Below, piece by piece: positions 20,929 to 30,402 of a stretch of DNA of 64,000 nucleotides. The notes under the pieces are model-generated. The model did no database searches. It was not told the DNA's origin and worked only from the letters and a program-made list of their open reading frames with translations. Each line of letters starts with the position of its first letter. The first letter of the stretch is position 1. Source of the stretch: a bacterium (lineage in GTDB: Bacteria > Hinthialibacterota > Hinthialibacteria > Hinthialibacterales > Hinthialibacteraceae). The stretch is taken from assembly GCA_963662285.2 (NCBI GenBank), contig CAXXMV010000003.1, positions 352,001-416,000 of the forward strand. Reading direction: 5' to 3'. The translations under genes were made by a program, and so were the position numbers.

Positions 20929-22074
20929 TTAATAAGCCCGGTATTTTTTAGCTGCATCCCATAATGCAATTATATTTTCCATCGGTACATCGGCCTGAGT
21001 ATTGTGAACTGTGTTGAAGACGTATCCACCTCCAGGTTTGAATATTTCCATCAGCTGTTTGACCTGCTCATCAACCTCTTGCGGCGTTCCACGGCTGAAA
21101 ACTTTTTGCGAATCAATGCCGCCTCCCCAGAAGACTAACTCTTTGCCATACTTCTCTTTCAGTGCAGCCGGATCCATATCAGTAGCGTTGATCTGAACTG
21201 GATTCAAAATATCTATCCCGTTATCGATTAAATCAGGGATTAATTTATTGAGCGAGCCGCATGAGTGATACCACAGTTTAGCACCGGTTTTTTTATGGAT
21301 GAAATCATATAACGCCTTGTGATATGGTTTTACCAGTTTTTGATATAACTTAGGAGAAAATAATGGTCCGGTCTGCATGGCCAGATCATCGCCCACGCTG
21401 AGAATATGCAGGCATCCGCCGACTTCATCTAAAAAAACATCCAGGTAATCAGTCCAATATTGCAGGGTATGTTCGAGCAGTTTTTCTACATATTTCGGTT
21501 GTTCGATCATATCCATGTAAAGGTTCTCGAATCCACGCATATACCAGCATATCTCAAAAACAACGCCGGTTATGCCGCTGATCAAGGCGTAATCGGTCTC
21601 TTCGGTTAATCTTTTTGTGTATTCCCGCAGACCTTTGAATGGCGCAGGATCTTTGCCATCAGGCCATTCATAGTGATCCAAATCTTCATAAGACATATTT
21701 GCGAGGGGATGATGGATTATATCGCAATAAAAACCTTCTCCCGGCTTTTGCCCCGGCATGGCCCAGGTTACGCCGAAACCATCAGTAATTCCCCAATATC
21801 CTTTTTTGACTTCTGTAAGTTCCGGGGTAGGGCAGAACATCCCCGGACGGATGTACCGCGTATCAATATCTAATAGTTCAAGCACCTTTTCACTGGGCGC
21901 CGCCAGTTGCTGAACTATATCCATAATCTGGATATCTTCATCCAGACCGTAATGATCCAGAATTTTCTGATATGCTATGTGATGGATTCCGGTTTGGTTG
22001 CCTCCCATATCCAGAGGAACTTTATCGGAAATCTTATGATTAAGCGCAGCAATCATGCGTTCTCGTGAATTCAT
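20929..22074 (-). CDS. Uroporphyrinogen decarboxylase-like (URO-D/CIMS-like) family protein
   Basis: MNSRER...KVPLD, GDDLAMQTGPLFSP, YHSCG, GIDILNPVQ, FWGGGIDSQ, GGGYVFNTVHN. Confidence 0.85.
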   Translation of the reverse strand: MNSRERMIAALNHKISDKVPLDMGGNQTGIHHIAYQKILDHYGLDEDIQIMDIVQQLAAPSEKVLELLDIDTRYIRPGMFCPTPELTEVKKGYWGITDGFGVTWAMPGQKPGEGFYCDIIHHPLANMSYEDLDHYEWPDGKDPAPFKGLREYTKRLTEETDYALISGITGVVFEICWYMRGFENLYMDMIEQPKYVEKLLEHTLQYWTDYLDVFLDEVGGCLHILSVGDDLAMQTGPLFSPKLYQKLVKPYHKALYDFIHKKTGAKLWYHSCGSLNKLIPDLIDNGIDILNPVQINATDMDPAALKEKYGKELVFWGGGIDSQKVFSRGTPQEVDEQVKQLMEIFKPGGGYVFNTVHNTQADVPMENIIALWDAAKKYRAY

Positions 22075-22090
22075 TTGATATCCTTAATAA

Positions 22091-22119
22091 TTTCTGAGAT
22101 ATTGAGATTATCTCAGAAA
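22091..22119. promoter_or_regulatory. Perfect inverted repeat (candidate operator) between divergent URO-D-like and MFS genes
   Basis: TTTCTGAGATA-TTGAGAT-TATCTCAGAAA (11-bp arms). Confidence 0.5.
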
Positions 22120-22229
22120 ATGATGTTATAGGTCAATGGATAGAGATGAAGAGAACTATACGAAATCTATTACATCTGATTTAATTACATAAGCAGCGCA
22201 AACTAAAACATGAGGCTAACAGATATTTT

Positions 22230-23816
22230 ATGTACATCTTCAAAAAAATTAGAGACTTTTATCATACCGGTGAGGATCAACCCTTACTAACTGATTCAGC
22301 AGAGACCACCAGGGTCTATGAGAAGAAAAGGCGCAGTATTTTTATCGCCCTGGTTTTTGGATACAGTTTTTACTATGTGTGCCGCTTGAGCATTTCGGTA
22401 GTCAAACAGCCCATGTTTGACGCCGGCATCCTTACCCCTGAGCAGATGGGCAAGATTGGCTTCGCCCTGTTTATCGTTTATGCTTTCGGAAAATGCATCA
22501 ACGGTTTCATAGCGGATCACAGTAATATCCGAAAATTCCTATCAACCGGATTGCTGCTTTCAGCCCTGCTCAATCTGGCCTTTGGTTTTACCACTTCATT
22601 CGTATGCTTCGTTTTAATCTGGGGATTGAACGGTTGGTTCCAATCGATGGGATGCGCCCCGTGCGTGGTCTCCATGTCGCAATGGTTCAGCAACCGGGAG
22701 CGGGGAACCCGTTATGGTTTGTGGAGTGCGGCGCATAGCATCGGTGAAGGATTATCCTTTATATGTACGGCGGTGTTGGTATCTTATTTCGGTTGGCGCT
22801 GGGGATTCTGGGGAGCGGGTGGAATTTCTATTATTGCTGTAATACTTATGTATTTCATGACTGCTGACCGTCCGCAAACTTATGGTCTGCCAAACATATC
22901 CGATTATAAAAACGACCATTCACAGGAAAAAGAAGATAAACCCCTACCCATAAAAGAGGCTCAGCTGGAAGTGTTGAAGAACCCCTACGTTTGGATACTT
23001 GGCATCAGCAGCGCATTCATGTATGTGGCGCGTTACGGCGTTAACGGCTGGGGCGTTCCCTATTTGCAATCAGCCAAGGATTACTCGCTGATCTCCGCCG
23101 CTTTTATACTGGGCTGGGCCAAGATGATCGAGACATGCGGCGCCGTCAGTTCAGGATTCGTCTCTGACTACTTATTTAAGTCGCGGCGTAATGTTGTCAC
23201 TTTGACCTATGGTTTGATTGAAATATCTGGATTGGTGATCCTGTTGATGGCGCCTTCCACCCTGTTATTTACTCTGGATCAATCATATAACCAGTATTTG
23301 CAAGAGGGCGCCATAGCGGAAGAACTGAGCTCGGCCTTCTCTGAAAATCAAATTGAACTGCCGCCGAATATCAGCCTCGATTCATTCGTTTTAAAAGAGA
23401 CTACAACCTGGGTAGCCCATAGCGATAAGTGGTATCAGTGGTTGCAGAACTACTGCATCGAAGATGACGGAACGCAATTGAAGATATGCTCCCGTTATCA
23501 TCCATTGCATATACTGGGCATATCTTTATTCGGCTTTGGTTTGGGAGGATTGCTGGTATTTTTAGGCGGCTTGATCGCCGTCGATATCTGCTCGAAACGG
23601 GCTACCGGCGCCGCTATGGGAATAGTGGGCATGTTCAGTTACCTGGGCGCCGCTATTCAAGACTGGGTAAGCGGTAGTTTAGTGGGCATGACTGCGGTCA
23701 CGGTTGGAGATAAGGACGTCTATAGTTATGAATACGCCTTTTACTTCTGGCTGGCTTCAGCAACGATCGCTGTAGCGCTTTCTTCGACTTTGTGGAATGT
23801 GAAAGCTAAGACTTGA
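22230..23816 (+). CDS. MFS organophosphate:phosphate antiporter (GlpT/UhpT family) with an inserted soluble domain
   Basis: GYSFYYVCR, NGWFQSMG, ERGTRYGLWSAAH, YVARYG motifs; 12 predicted TMs; ~80-aa insert between TM9 and TM10. Confidence 0.88.
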   Translation: MYIFKKIRDFYHTGEDQPLLTDSAETTRVYEKKRRSIFIALVFGYSFYYVCRLSISVVKQPMFDAGILTPEQMGKIGFALFIVYAFGKCINGFIADHSNIRKFLSTGLLLSALLNLAFGFTTSFVCFVLIWGLNGWFQSMGCAPCVVSMSQWFSNRERGTRYGLWSAAHSIGEGLSFICTAVLVSYFGWRWGFWGAGGISIIAVILMYFMTADRPQTYGLPNISDYKNDHSQEKEDKPLPIKEAQLEVLKNPYVWILGISSAFMYVARYGVNGWGVPYLQSAKDYSLISAAFILGWAKMIETCGAVSSGFVSDYLFKSRRNVVTLTYGLIEISGLVILLMAPSTLLFTLDQSYNQYLQEGAIAEELSSAFSENQIELPPNISLDSFVLKETTTWVAHSDKWYQWLQNYCIEDDGTQLKICSRYHPLHILGISLFGFGLGGLLVFLGGLIAVDICSKRATGAAMGIVGMFSYLGAAIQDWVSGSLVGMTAVTVGDKDVYSYEYAFYFWLASATIAVALSSTLWNVKAKT

Positions 23817-23854
23817 TTCTTTCCTTCTCCCGGGGTCTGTACACATTGTTGTGT

Positions 23855-24264
23855 GATAGTGGGTAGTGGATAGTGGGGAGCATCGGCTTCTAGCCGGTGT
23901 GTCAATCCCTTTTTAACCGGAGTGGTTATATTGACGAATAACTTTTCAAGCGCTTGGGTTATGCATCCCTCTCCCAAGATTGGGAGAGGCTAGGTGAGGG
24001 TTGATAATAGGCGCTCTCGCAAATAAATCTCCATTATAGTTATTTCACTTTCCTGGTGATTTGGAGAAATTAATAAGATAAACTTTTCTGACTTATCGAA
24101 TGATATCCAAGGTTTGGAATTACTAATGTCGTCAGGAGGATATTGTATGTGAGGAAGGATTCTACGAGACATTCGGAATTGGTTAGGCTGGTTTATAGGT
24201 TTATTTGACGCACACCGGCTGGAAGCCGATGCTCCCCAGTCTATGATGCTCCCCAGTCTATGAT
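23855..24264. repeat. Composite repeat region: inverted pair of TGGGGAGCATCGGCTT REPs enclosing a CCTCTCCC hairpin and a possible RAYT fragment
   Basis: REP at 23874-23905 and its reverse complement at 24205-24240; 17-bp tandem duplication 24228-24261; 7-mer repeats 23855-23875; CCTCTCCC element 23967-24006. Confidence 0.75.
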
Positions 24265-24383
24265 ATTACCCGTTTCATTCTCATCTCCTGATCTTTGTAT
24301 GGAGATTAGCCCGGCGGGATAGGGAACTTAGTTGACCGAAATTTATGGTTGGTAAGAGGACTAATGATATAAAGGAACTGATA

Positions 24384-25259
24384 ATGACAAACTGTGATAT
24401 TTTAGTAATAGGACATGTATCCAAGGATATAATTATTACCCCGACGGATGAGGCGTCCCTGCTGGGCGGCGCGGTTATCTACGCCGCTATCAACTTACAA
24501 AAACTAGGCGCCAAGGTTATTGCGCTGACCAAAGTTAATAACAGCGAAACTCATTTATTGGATGTTTTCAAGCAGCATGGAGTCCCTATCCATTGCAGCG
24601 ATACAGCCCAGACTACCTCGATACGCAATACCTACCACACCGCTGACCGCGAAAGAAGAACCTGTCAGGCCATAGCCGTAGGCGATCCTTTCACCCTGCA
24701 AGACATCCCTGCTGACATTGAACCGGATTGCTTTTACTTCGGCGGCCTCATCAAAGGCGAGTTCAGCGAAGAATTGGTGATTGCCTTGTCGAAGAAAGGT
24801 AAGACGGCGGTCGACGCTCAAGCCTGGCTGCGAGCCAATGATAACGGCGAGTTGGTCTTTACCGATTGGGATAAAAAGCGCGAAACCATTCCCCATTGCC
24901 ACTATTTCAAGACCGACGCAGCAGAGGCTGAAATCATAACCGGCATCAGCGATAGGGTGGCAGCTGCCAAAAAGATCAATGAATGGGGCGCCAGGGAAGT
25001 TATGCTAACCCATAACAGCGAGGTCATGATCTGCGCTGAAGGCAAAATCATCACATATCCATTCACCAGCCAAAAATTGGATGGCCGCACCGGACGGGGC
25101 GATACATGCTTCTCCACCTATTGCTATTGGCGTATGAAACACTCACCGGAAGAATCATGCTTATGGGCGGCGGCTCTAACCTCACTTAAGATGGAGACTC
25201 CAGGGCCGTTCACCGGATCGATTGAAGATGTGCAGAATATTATTAAAGAACGATATTAG
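24384..25259 (+). CDS. PfkB-family carbohydrate kinase
   Basis: LVIGHVSKD, GGAVIYAA, GRTGRGDTCF anion-hole motif; start set at ATG 24384 after AAGGA. Confidence 0.85.
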   Translation: MTNCDILVIGHVSKDIIITPTDEASLLGGAVIYAAINLQKLGAKVIALTKVNNSETHLLDVFKQHGVPIHCSDTAQTTSIRNTYHTADRERRTCQAIAVGDPFTLQDIPADIEPDCFYFGGLIKGEFSEELVIALSKKGKTAVDAQAWLRANDNGELVFTDWDKKRETIPHCHYFKTDAAEAEIITGISDRVAAAKKINEWGAREVMLTHNSEVMICAEGKIITYPFTSQKLDGRTGRGDTCFSTYCYWRMKHSPEESCLWAAALTSLKMETPGPFTGSIEDVQNIIKERY

Positions 25260-25291
25260 ACTAAACAATCCTGTTGAGGAGGAAATGAGTT

Positions 25292-26080
25292 ATGCGCGTA
25301 CACCGACGTTCTTTTTTTCAATTAGCAAGTTTGGGCGCCTTATCTTCTGTAGTTCCTAAAACGTCACATTCCGGAGTGGGCGCAACTGCAATAGCAGATA
25401 AGACATCCTATATGAGGCGCGTTACATCCGCGCTTAAACAACAATGGCCCAATAACCGTCTGATCAATATTGTATGTCATGGACATAGCGTGCCCGCCGG
25501 ATTTTTCAAGACTCCGGTGGTTGACACTTTCAACGCCTATCCCCATCTGCTGCACCGCGCAATTAAGAACGTCTATCCCTATTGCGTCAGTAATGTGATT
25601 GTCACCGCAATCGGCGGCGAGAATTCACAGAGCGGTGCGTCACGATTCGAAAGCCAGGTGTTATGCCACCTTCCTGATGTGGTTACTATCGATTACGCAT
25701 TGAATGACCGGGGCATAGGTCTTGCAGCAGCCAGAACAGCATGGGTATCCATGATAGAGAAGGCGAAAACCGTCAGAGGATTAAGCGTCATTCTTCTAAC
25801 GCCCACGCCTGACGAAGCGCATATCCCCGATGATCCCAACGAACCCATAAATCAACATGCCGCGCAAATCCGCTCATTGGCCGAAGAATTTGAAGTGGGA
25901 TTAGTGGATAGCCTAGCTGGATTTGATCTGATCCAAAAAGAGACGGGCGATGTAACGGCTCTGCTTTCGCAGATTAATCACCCCAACCGTAAGGGACATG
26001 ATATTGTAGCCAAGGAATTATTCAGCTGGTTTTCTGATGAACCTTATCAAGCAGCGATTGATGATTGGGATGTTCATTAA
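25292..26080 (+). CDS. Tat-exported SGNH/GDSL esterase
   Basis: HRRSFF Tat motif; CHGHSV, AIGGENS, DYALND, INHPNRKGH blocks. Confidence 0.85.
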   Translation: MRVHRRSFFQLASLGALSSVVPKTSHSGVGATAIADKTSYMRRVTSALKQQWPNNRLINIVCHGHSVPAGFFKTPVVDTFNAYPHLLHRAIKNVYPYCVSNVIVTAIGGENSQSGASRFESQVLCHLPDVVTIDYALNDRGIGLAAARTAWVSMIEKAKTVRGLSVILLTPTPDEAHIPDDPNEPINQHAAQIRSLAEEFEVGLVDSLAGFDLIQKETGDVTALLSQINHPNRKGHDIVAKELFSWFSDEPYQAAIDDWDVH

Positions 26081-26274
26081 TCATCATTTTTATATACTGA
26101 TGACCATTGTTTATCCTGGATACATAGACTTTTGAGTGCAAATAAACAATATGTAGCATAATATTTTGTTTATGCTAATCTCAAGTTACTTTCATATCGT
26201 ATCTATAGTGAATTAGACATGATAGATAGGTAAATGATGTAAAGGTTTTTGAAGTGCGCCGGAATGGCTGTAAT

Positions 26275-26506
26275 TGACAATGCTCACTAAATGCTTCTGC
26301 TTTTCTGTTAATAAGTCCGGTTCTTCTTATGAAAAATCAAAAAGATACCCTATAATTCTTCCTCTTATTTGCGATAGTAATTTCACAAAGTCTTTCCTTT
26401 CTATTTGTTTCTGCTTGCTTTACGATAGATTAGTAAGGGCTTCTCTTCAATTTAAACAAGCAAAATTTTTTTAAAAACTGCCTTTTTTGTATTTTGCAAG
26501 AGGCTA
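26275..26506 (-). pseudogene. Truncated IS (IS5/IS1182-like) left end with a transposase N-terminal remnant
   Basis: Minus strand AGCCTCTTGCAAAA terminal-repeat-like end near 26506. From GTG 26386 the frame reads VKLLSQIRGRIIGYLFDFS*EEPDLLTEKQKHLVSIV, resembling a recalled transposase N-terminus (LSQ.W..IQ..LFP.LEE..DPLTEKQ..LV.I), with an internal stop. Confidence 0.5.
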
Positions 26507-26852
26507 ATGAGTTTGAAAAGTTGAGAAATATTTAAACTCAAGATAAAATCTATGTTCCTTTTCCAATACTTACTTATAGTTGATAAATTTAGTATAGTTT
26601 GATTAAAAAGCAATGCGCTTTCAGTAAAATAGCAAGATAATAACAAAAATACAACTACGCAGGGTGTTTGTTTAAATTATATTTCATAATGATTATTATT
26701 ATATAAAATTATTTTTGAATATTTAAAAATAATGTTGCAAATACCACGACTGCCCTTACATAAATTTTATTCAATAATTAAATATATCTATAATTGCATC
26801 TAGTGTCTAAATAAAACACTATTGAGTGCTACTAAAAATCAGGAGGAATGCA

Positions 26853-27083
26853 ATGAGTGAAAAACCGGTTTATGAATTTACTGTAGAGGATGCTGTGTCC
26901 GGGATTACGATTAGTCCCAGTGAAGGTTCAATTTCATTGAATATGCCAAATGGTCAGAGAAACGACATCCCTCTCTTTAACGGAGATAAAACAAAAAAAC
27001 CTGGGATGCTCTGGATCGCTTTGCAATTCGATGAAAAGAATATTAACCAGTTGGACGTATCATTTGATAATCAAGTATTATAG
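26853..27083 (+). CDS. Small hypothetical protein (76 aa)
   Basis: Perfect AGGAGG RBS before ATG 26853; AT-rich; no recognisable family. Confidence 0.6.
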   Translation: MSEKPVYEFTVEDAVSGITISPSEGSISLNMPNGQRNDIPLFNGDKTKKPGMLWIALQFDEKNINQLDVSFDNQVL

Positions 27084-27189
27084 TAATATTTTGGTTCGTT
27101 ATCTTTCGTCATTTGAGGGATGGTTTTTTGAATGGCTAGATCATAAATAGATAAATCAATTAGCCATTTTTGCTGTTCTTTATCTTTGT

Positions 27190-27240
27190 GACTAACGATA
27201 CGGATCAGGCGCGGCTTTTTTTGCCGTCGCCTGCATCCGG
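27190..27240 (+). other. Degenerate integron attC-like site
   Basis: GACTAAC (RYYYAAC) followed by CGGATCAGGCG-CGGC-TTTTTT-GCCG-T-CGCCTG-C-ATCCG, an imperfect hairpin with extrahelical bases; the R' GTTRRRY box is missing. Confidence 0.5.
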
Positions 27241-27460
27241 AATTTTATTTTTTGATTATACGTAAAACTTGATTACACTCTCGCCCCTCTCCAGATTACC
27301 AAGTTATTATTGAACTTTTAATTACTCTTGTGTTGCTTGCTTAATCAATATGCTTTATCCCATGGTGTAAGCAGGATAATCATAAAAAATACCTATTTAC
27401 AATTGTTATCGTCAATATAAGTAGACGTTTTAAGAGTGTTCTCTGTTTTTAGAGAATCCC

Positions 27461-30001
27461 TTAAAGATGGTTCTTATCATTGTATGGTCCCAAAAACCTC
27501 TCTCCATTAAAATGGATAAGGTGACTGGGGGAGTCGGCTACCCATACTTCGGTTTCCCAACTGATTTCACTTAAATATTTTGCCATAGTCGGACGATCAG
27601 GGAAAGCCGTTACATAGACAATACCGGCAGTATTATCCTTAAAAAGTAAAGCCAACTCAGCATGTCGTTTAGCATCAACGGGACCATGACTTGTAACGGA
27701 TTCTATCAGTAACAACCAATTTTTGGATTGCAAGTAGAGTATTACATCAGGGAATTTTCCATGACTATCAAAGCATAAGCCTAAGTTCTTAAAGGTTCTC
27801 TTATTGAAATAGCCCATTTTTGAGCCAGTATCACCAACATAGATCACCTTTGCGCCCGGCGCATACCGTGGCCCGAACTCTGTGATTATTTCTTTGATAA
27901 GCTGACTATGCTTACCAGGTGAAAGAACTAACTCTTTTTCACCATTAATTATTAAAGGAATCATTTGTATATCACGTTCATTGGCGTATTGTGCTGCTAA
28001 AGCAGGCCTTTGTATAAGATAATCCGCAAGTTTTGCATCCCACAATTTTGAACCAAATGTACGGATAAGTTCTAACATATCTGGAGTGATCTGATAACAC
28101 CATTTTGGGCTGTTAATCGGACGATTTGGTTGATCTGGATTTGAACAAGCAATTCCTGCATCGATGAATTGATGCATTGTCTGGCGACGAATGGTTTCAC
28201 GAGTATTAGGTGCATACTCCTTACCATAATGATCTCTAATATAATCCATGATTGGGGTGATACCCATAAGAGGTTGACTCGCTTTTTTCCAACTAGTATC
28301 CGGTTTCAAATCGACCATCGCTAACAAGGTTAATGCTGACCGTTCATTGATTTGCCCTTTTGGAAGCCCAAGAGCCTTTAGAATAGATAACGTCTTCTTA
28401 ATTCGCTTCTGTATCGACAATGGATTTTGATTCTTCGGTTTTGCCATGTTATCGATTTCCTTATCTAAAATTAGATCAATTTCATCCTGTCCAGGAAAGA
28501 TGCATGATACATATGCGCCCAGCCGTCTAAGCGTCCTTAAATCAGGGTAATGCAGCATTCTAAGATCAGTTGCATTAACCTGTGTATGTCCTGAAAACTG
28601 ACGGAAATATAGATCTAGCAAGGTTGAATTTAGAAATAATGCCAAACCTTTTGCTATCTCAGGCTCCAAGCCTTGTTTTCGCTGATGGAATACATTCAGA
28701 TGGTTCTCGAAGCCTATCTTTTGACCAGGTACTTTATCAGGATTATGAAGTGCAGCGACAATACGCCGATTTTCCTCTTTAGAACTGAATCGGCGAGTAA
28801 TCACATACCAGCCGTTTTCCATTAACCAACGGCTACTTTGTTTACTTTCATTGATTGAGTTTGGTTTTTTGCCTTCCTGGTTCGGCCACTCCACATAGTT
28901 ATTGGAAAAATGTCCGGGATATACAAGCGGACATGCGCCCTCTTCTGCTACTTGCCTGATATCATCACGAAGACGGAAATCTACTACTGGTCCGGTGCAA
29001 ACTTCAATGTCGATTTCCTTTAATGAATTAGAGAATACACTGATACGATCAATCACCATTTGATCTAGATCGCAGGTGGCAATATGAATAAATAGGTCTG
29101 GATCATCCGGTTTAACCACCTTACTGAATGGTACTTCGCGCTGAGTCATCTCATCGAATTCAAAGCCGCTGCTGGATGTGATAACAACACTGCCTTGCTC
29201 TGCACCTTTTATCGCATGTAATATGATATTCTCTTGTAGAATGTCATCATCTTTGAATGCTTTATCTCTATCATCGAAAACATGTATATGATTAATCGCC
29301 ATATTTTTTAGTAATAGCTCACGGAATGGTCGAAAATACGGGCCATTACAGAAAGAGCGCGGAACAATGGCGACCAGTTCTCCACTAGGGGAGAGCATTT
29401 TGATAGCAATTGCCAAAAATCCGCTATATAGGTTACTTGTTTCGATTCCAATCTGCCTTAACCAAGTACGATAATCTGAATCACTTTTGATTTTTTTATA
29501 TGGTGGATTCATTATACAGTGAGTGAATTGAGGAATTGATTCCTCAAAAAGTCCACCTTTTGTACTAATTTTTTCAACTCCCCATTCAATAAAGTCTATT
29601 TGTTTGACTGTTCCTGAGAAAGAAATACCCATCGATTCGCTGGTGTAAAGGCAATCATCTAAAGTGGTTTTGAGATAGTTTTCCATGAGTGGTTCTAACT
29701 CATAGCATTCCGTATGGATACTATGAGGTTTCACAATTCGTCCGATCATCTCTTGGAAAAAGCAGGCGGTCAGTGTTCCCGTTCCTGCTCCTGGATCGAG
29801 CAAAACAATGTCATCAGAAGTAGAATTAAAGAGTGATGCCATAAAAGTGGCTACACTTAGAGGAGTAAGATATTGTCCAAGTTCACCTCGAGTCTTTGGA
29901 TCGAGTTTTTGGGATATTTCCAGACGGTAAATATCTGATTGTTCTGCGGGTGTAAGCCTATTATGACGTTCTTCTGTTAGAAATAGCGGATTCATTTTCA
30001 T
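27461..30001 (-). CDS. Fused type II R-M protein: N6-adenine methyltransferase (M.BsuBI/M.PstI-like) plus BsuBI/PstI-family endonuclease
   Basis: LGQYLTP, LDPGAGTG, MNPPY, RRFSSKEE.RR, FSGHTQVNATDL (MTase); INERSALTLLA, YAPNTRETIRRQTMHQF, HGKFPDV, IESVTSHGP, ISWETEVW, HLIHFNGERFLGPY (REase). Confidence 0.92.
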   Translation of the reverse strand: MKMNPLFLTEERHNRLTPAEQSDIYRLEISQKLDPKTRGELGQYLTPLSVATFMASLFNSTSDDIVLLDPGAGTGTLTACFFQEMIGRIVKPHSIHTECYELEPLMENYLKTTLDDCLYTSESMGISFSGTVKQIDFIEWGVEKISTKGGLFEESIPQFTHCIMNPPYKKIKSDSDYRTWLRQIGIETSNLYSGFLAIAIKMLSPSGELVAIVPRSFCNGPYFRPFRELLLKNMAINHIHVFDDRDKAFKDDDILQENIILHAIKGAEQGSVVITSSSGFEFDEMTQREVPFSKVVKPDDPDLFIHIATCDLDQMVIDRISVFSNSLKEIDIEVCTGPVVDFRLRDDIRQVAEEGACPLVYPGHFSNNYVEWPNQEGKKPNSINESKQSSRWLMENGWYVITRRFSSKEENRRIVAALHNPDKVPGQKIGFENHLNVFHQRKQGLEPEIAKGLALFLNSTLLDLYFRQFSGHTQVNATDLRMLHYPDLRTLRRLGAYVSCIFPGQDEIDLILDKEIDNMAKPKNQNPLSIQKRIKKTLSILKALGLPKGQINERSALTLLAMVDLKPDTSWKKASQPLMGITPIMDYIRDHYGKEYAPNTRETIRRQTMHQFIDAGIACSNPDQPNRPINSPKWCYQITPDMLELIRTFGSKLWDAKLADYLIQRPALAAQYANERDIQMIPLIINGEKELVLSPGKHSQLIKEIITEFGPRYAPGAKVIYVGDTGSKMGYFNKRTFKNLGLCFDSHGKFPDVILYLQSKNWLLLIESVTSHGPVDAKRHAELALLFKDNTAGIVYVTAFPDRPTMAKYLSEISWETEVWVADSPSHLIHFNGERFLGPYNDKNHL

Positions 30002-30402
30002 CCTTTAAGCGGCTAATAGGTTTACAGATTAGCATGGAACTTCGCACAGACATTATAATAAAGAATACTAACGGGAATAAGATATAACCGCATAGAATTT
30101 CAATATATCCCAATATGAATTATAGACAAATATTCTTCTATTATCAAATCGGCAAACCTAAGTATTTGCAGCATATGTTTAGTTAAGTTTGAGAAAAAGA
30201 GGTTATTATTCACGTAATCATAAACGAGCATATTTATCAAGAATCAAACTAATTAATTACTATTGATTTTGAAAGTGTGATATGATATTAATAAATAAGT
30301 TCAACTGGATATCTATCATTAAGTATTGCAGTCAATCGTTAAGGGGCTTGTAGTTTTGGTGGAATCCAGGTTTGCATCATTCGGTAAATACGGAGTATTA
30401 TA

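Noticed and set aside
30064-30095. Additional attC sites (CTAAC/TTAAC motifs here and near 17525 and 51078)
   Set aside because: RYYYAAC-like cores without a supporting hairpin or GTT partner; expected by chance.
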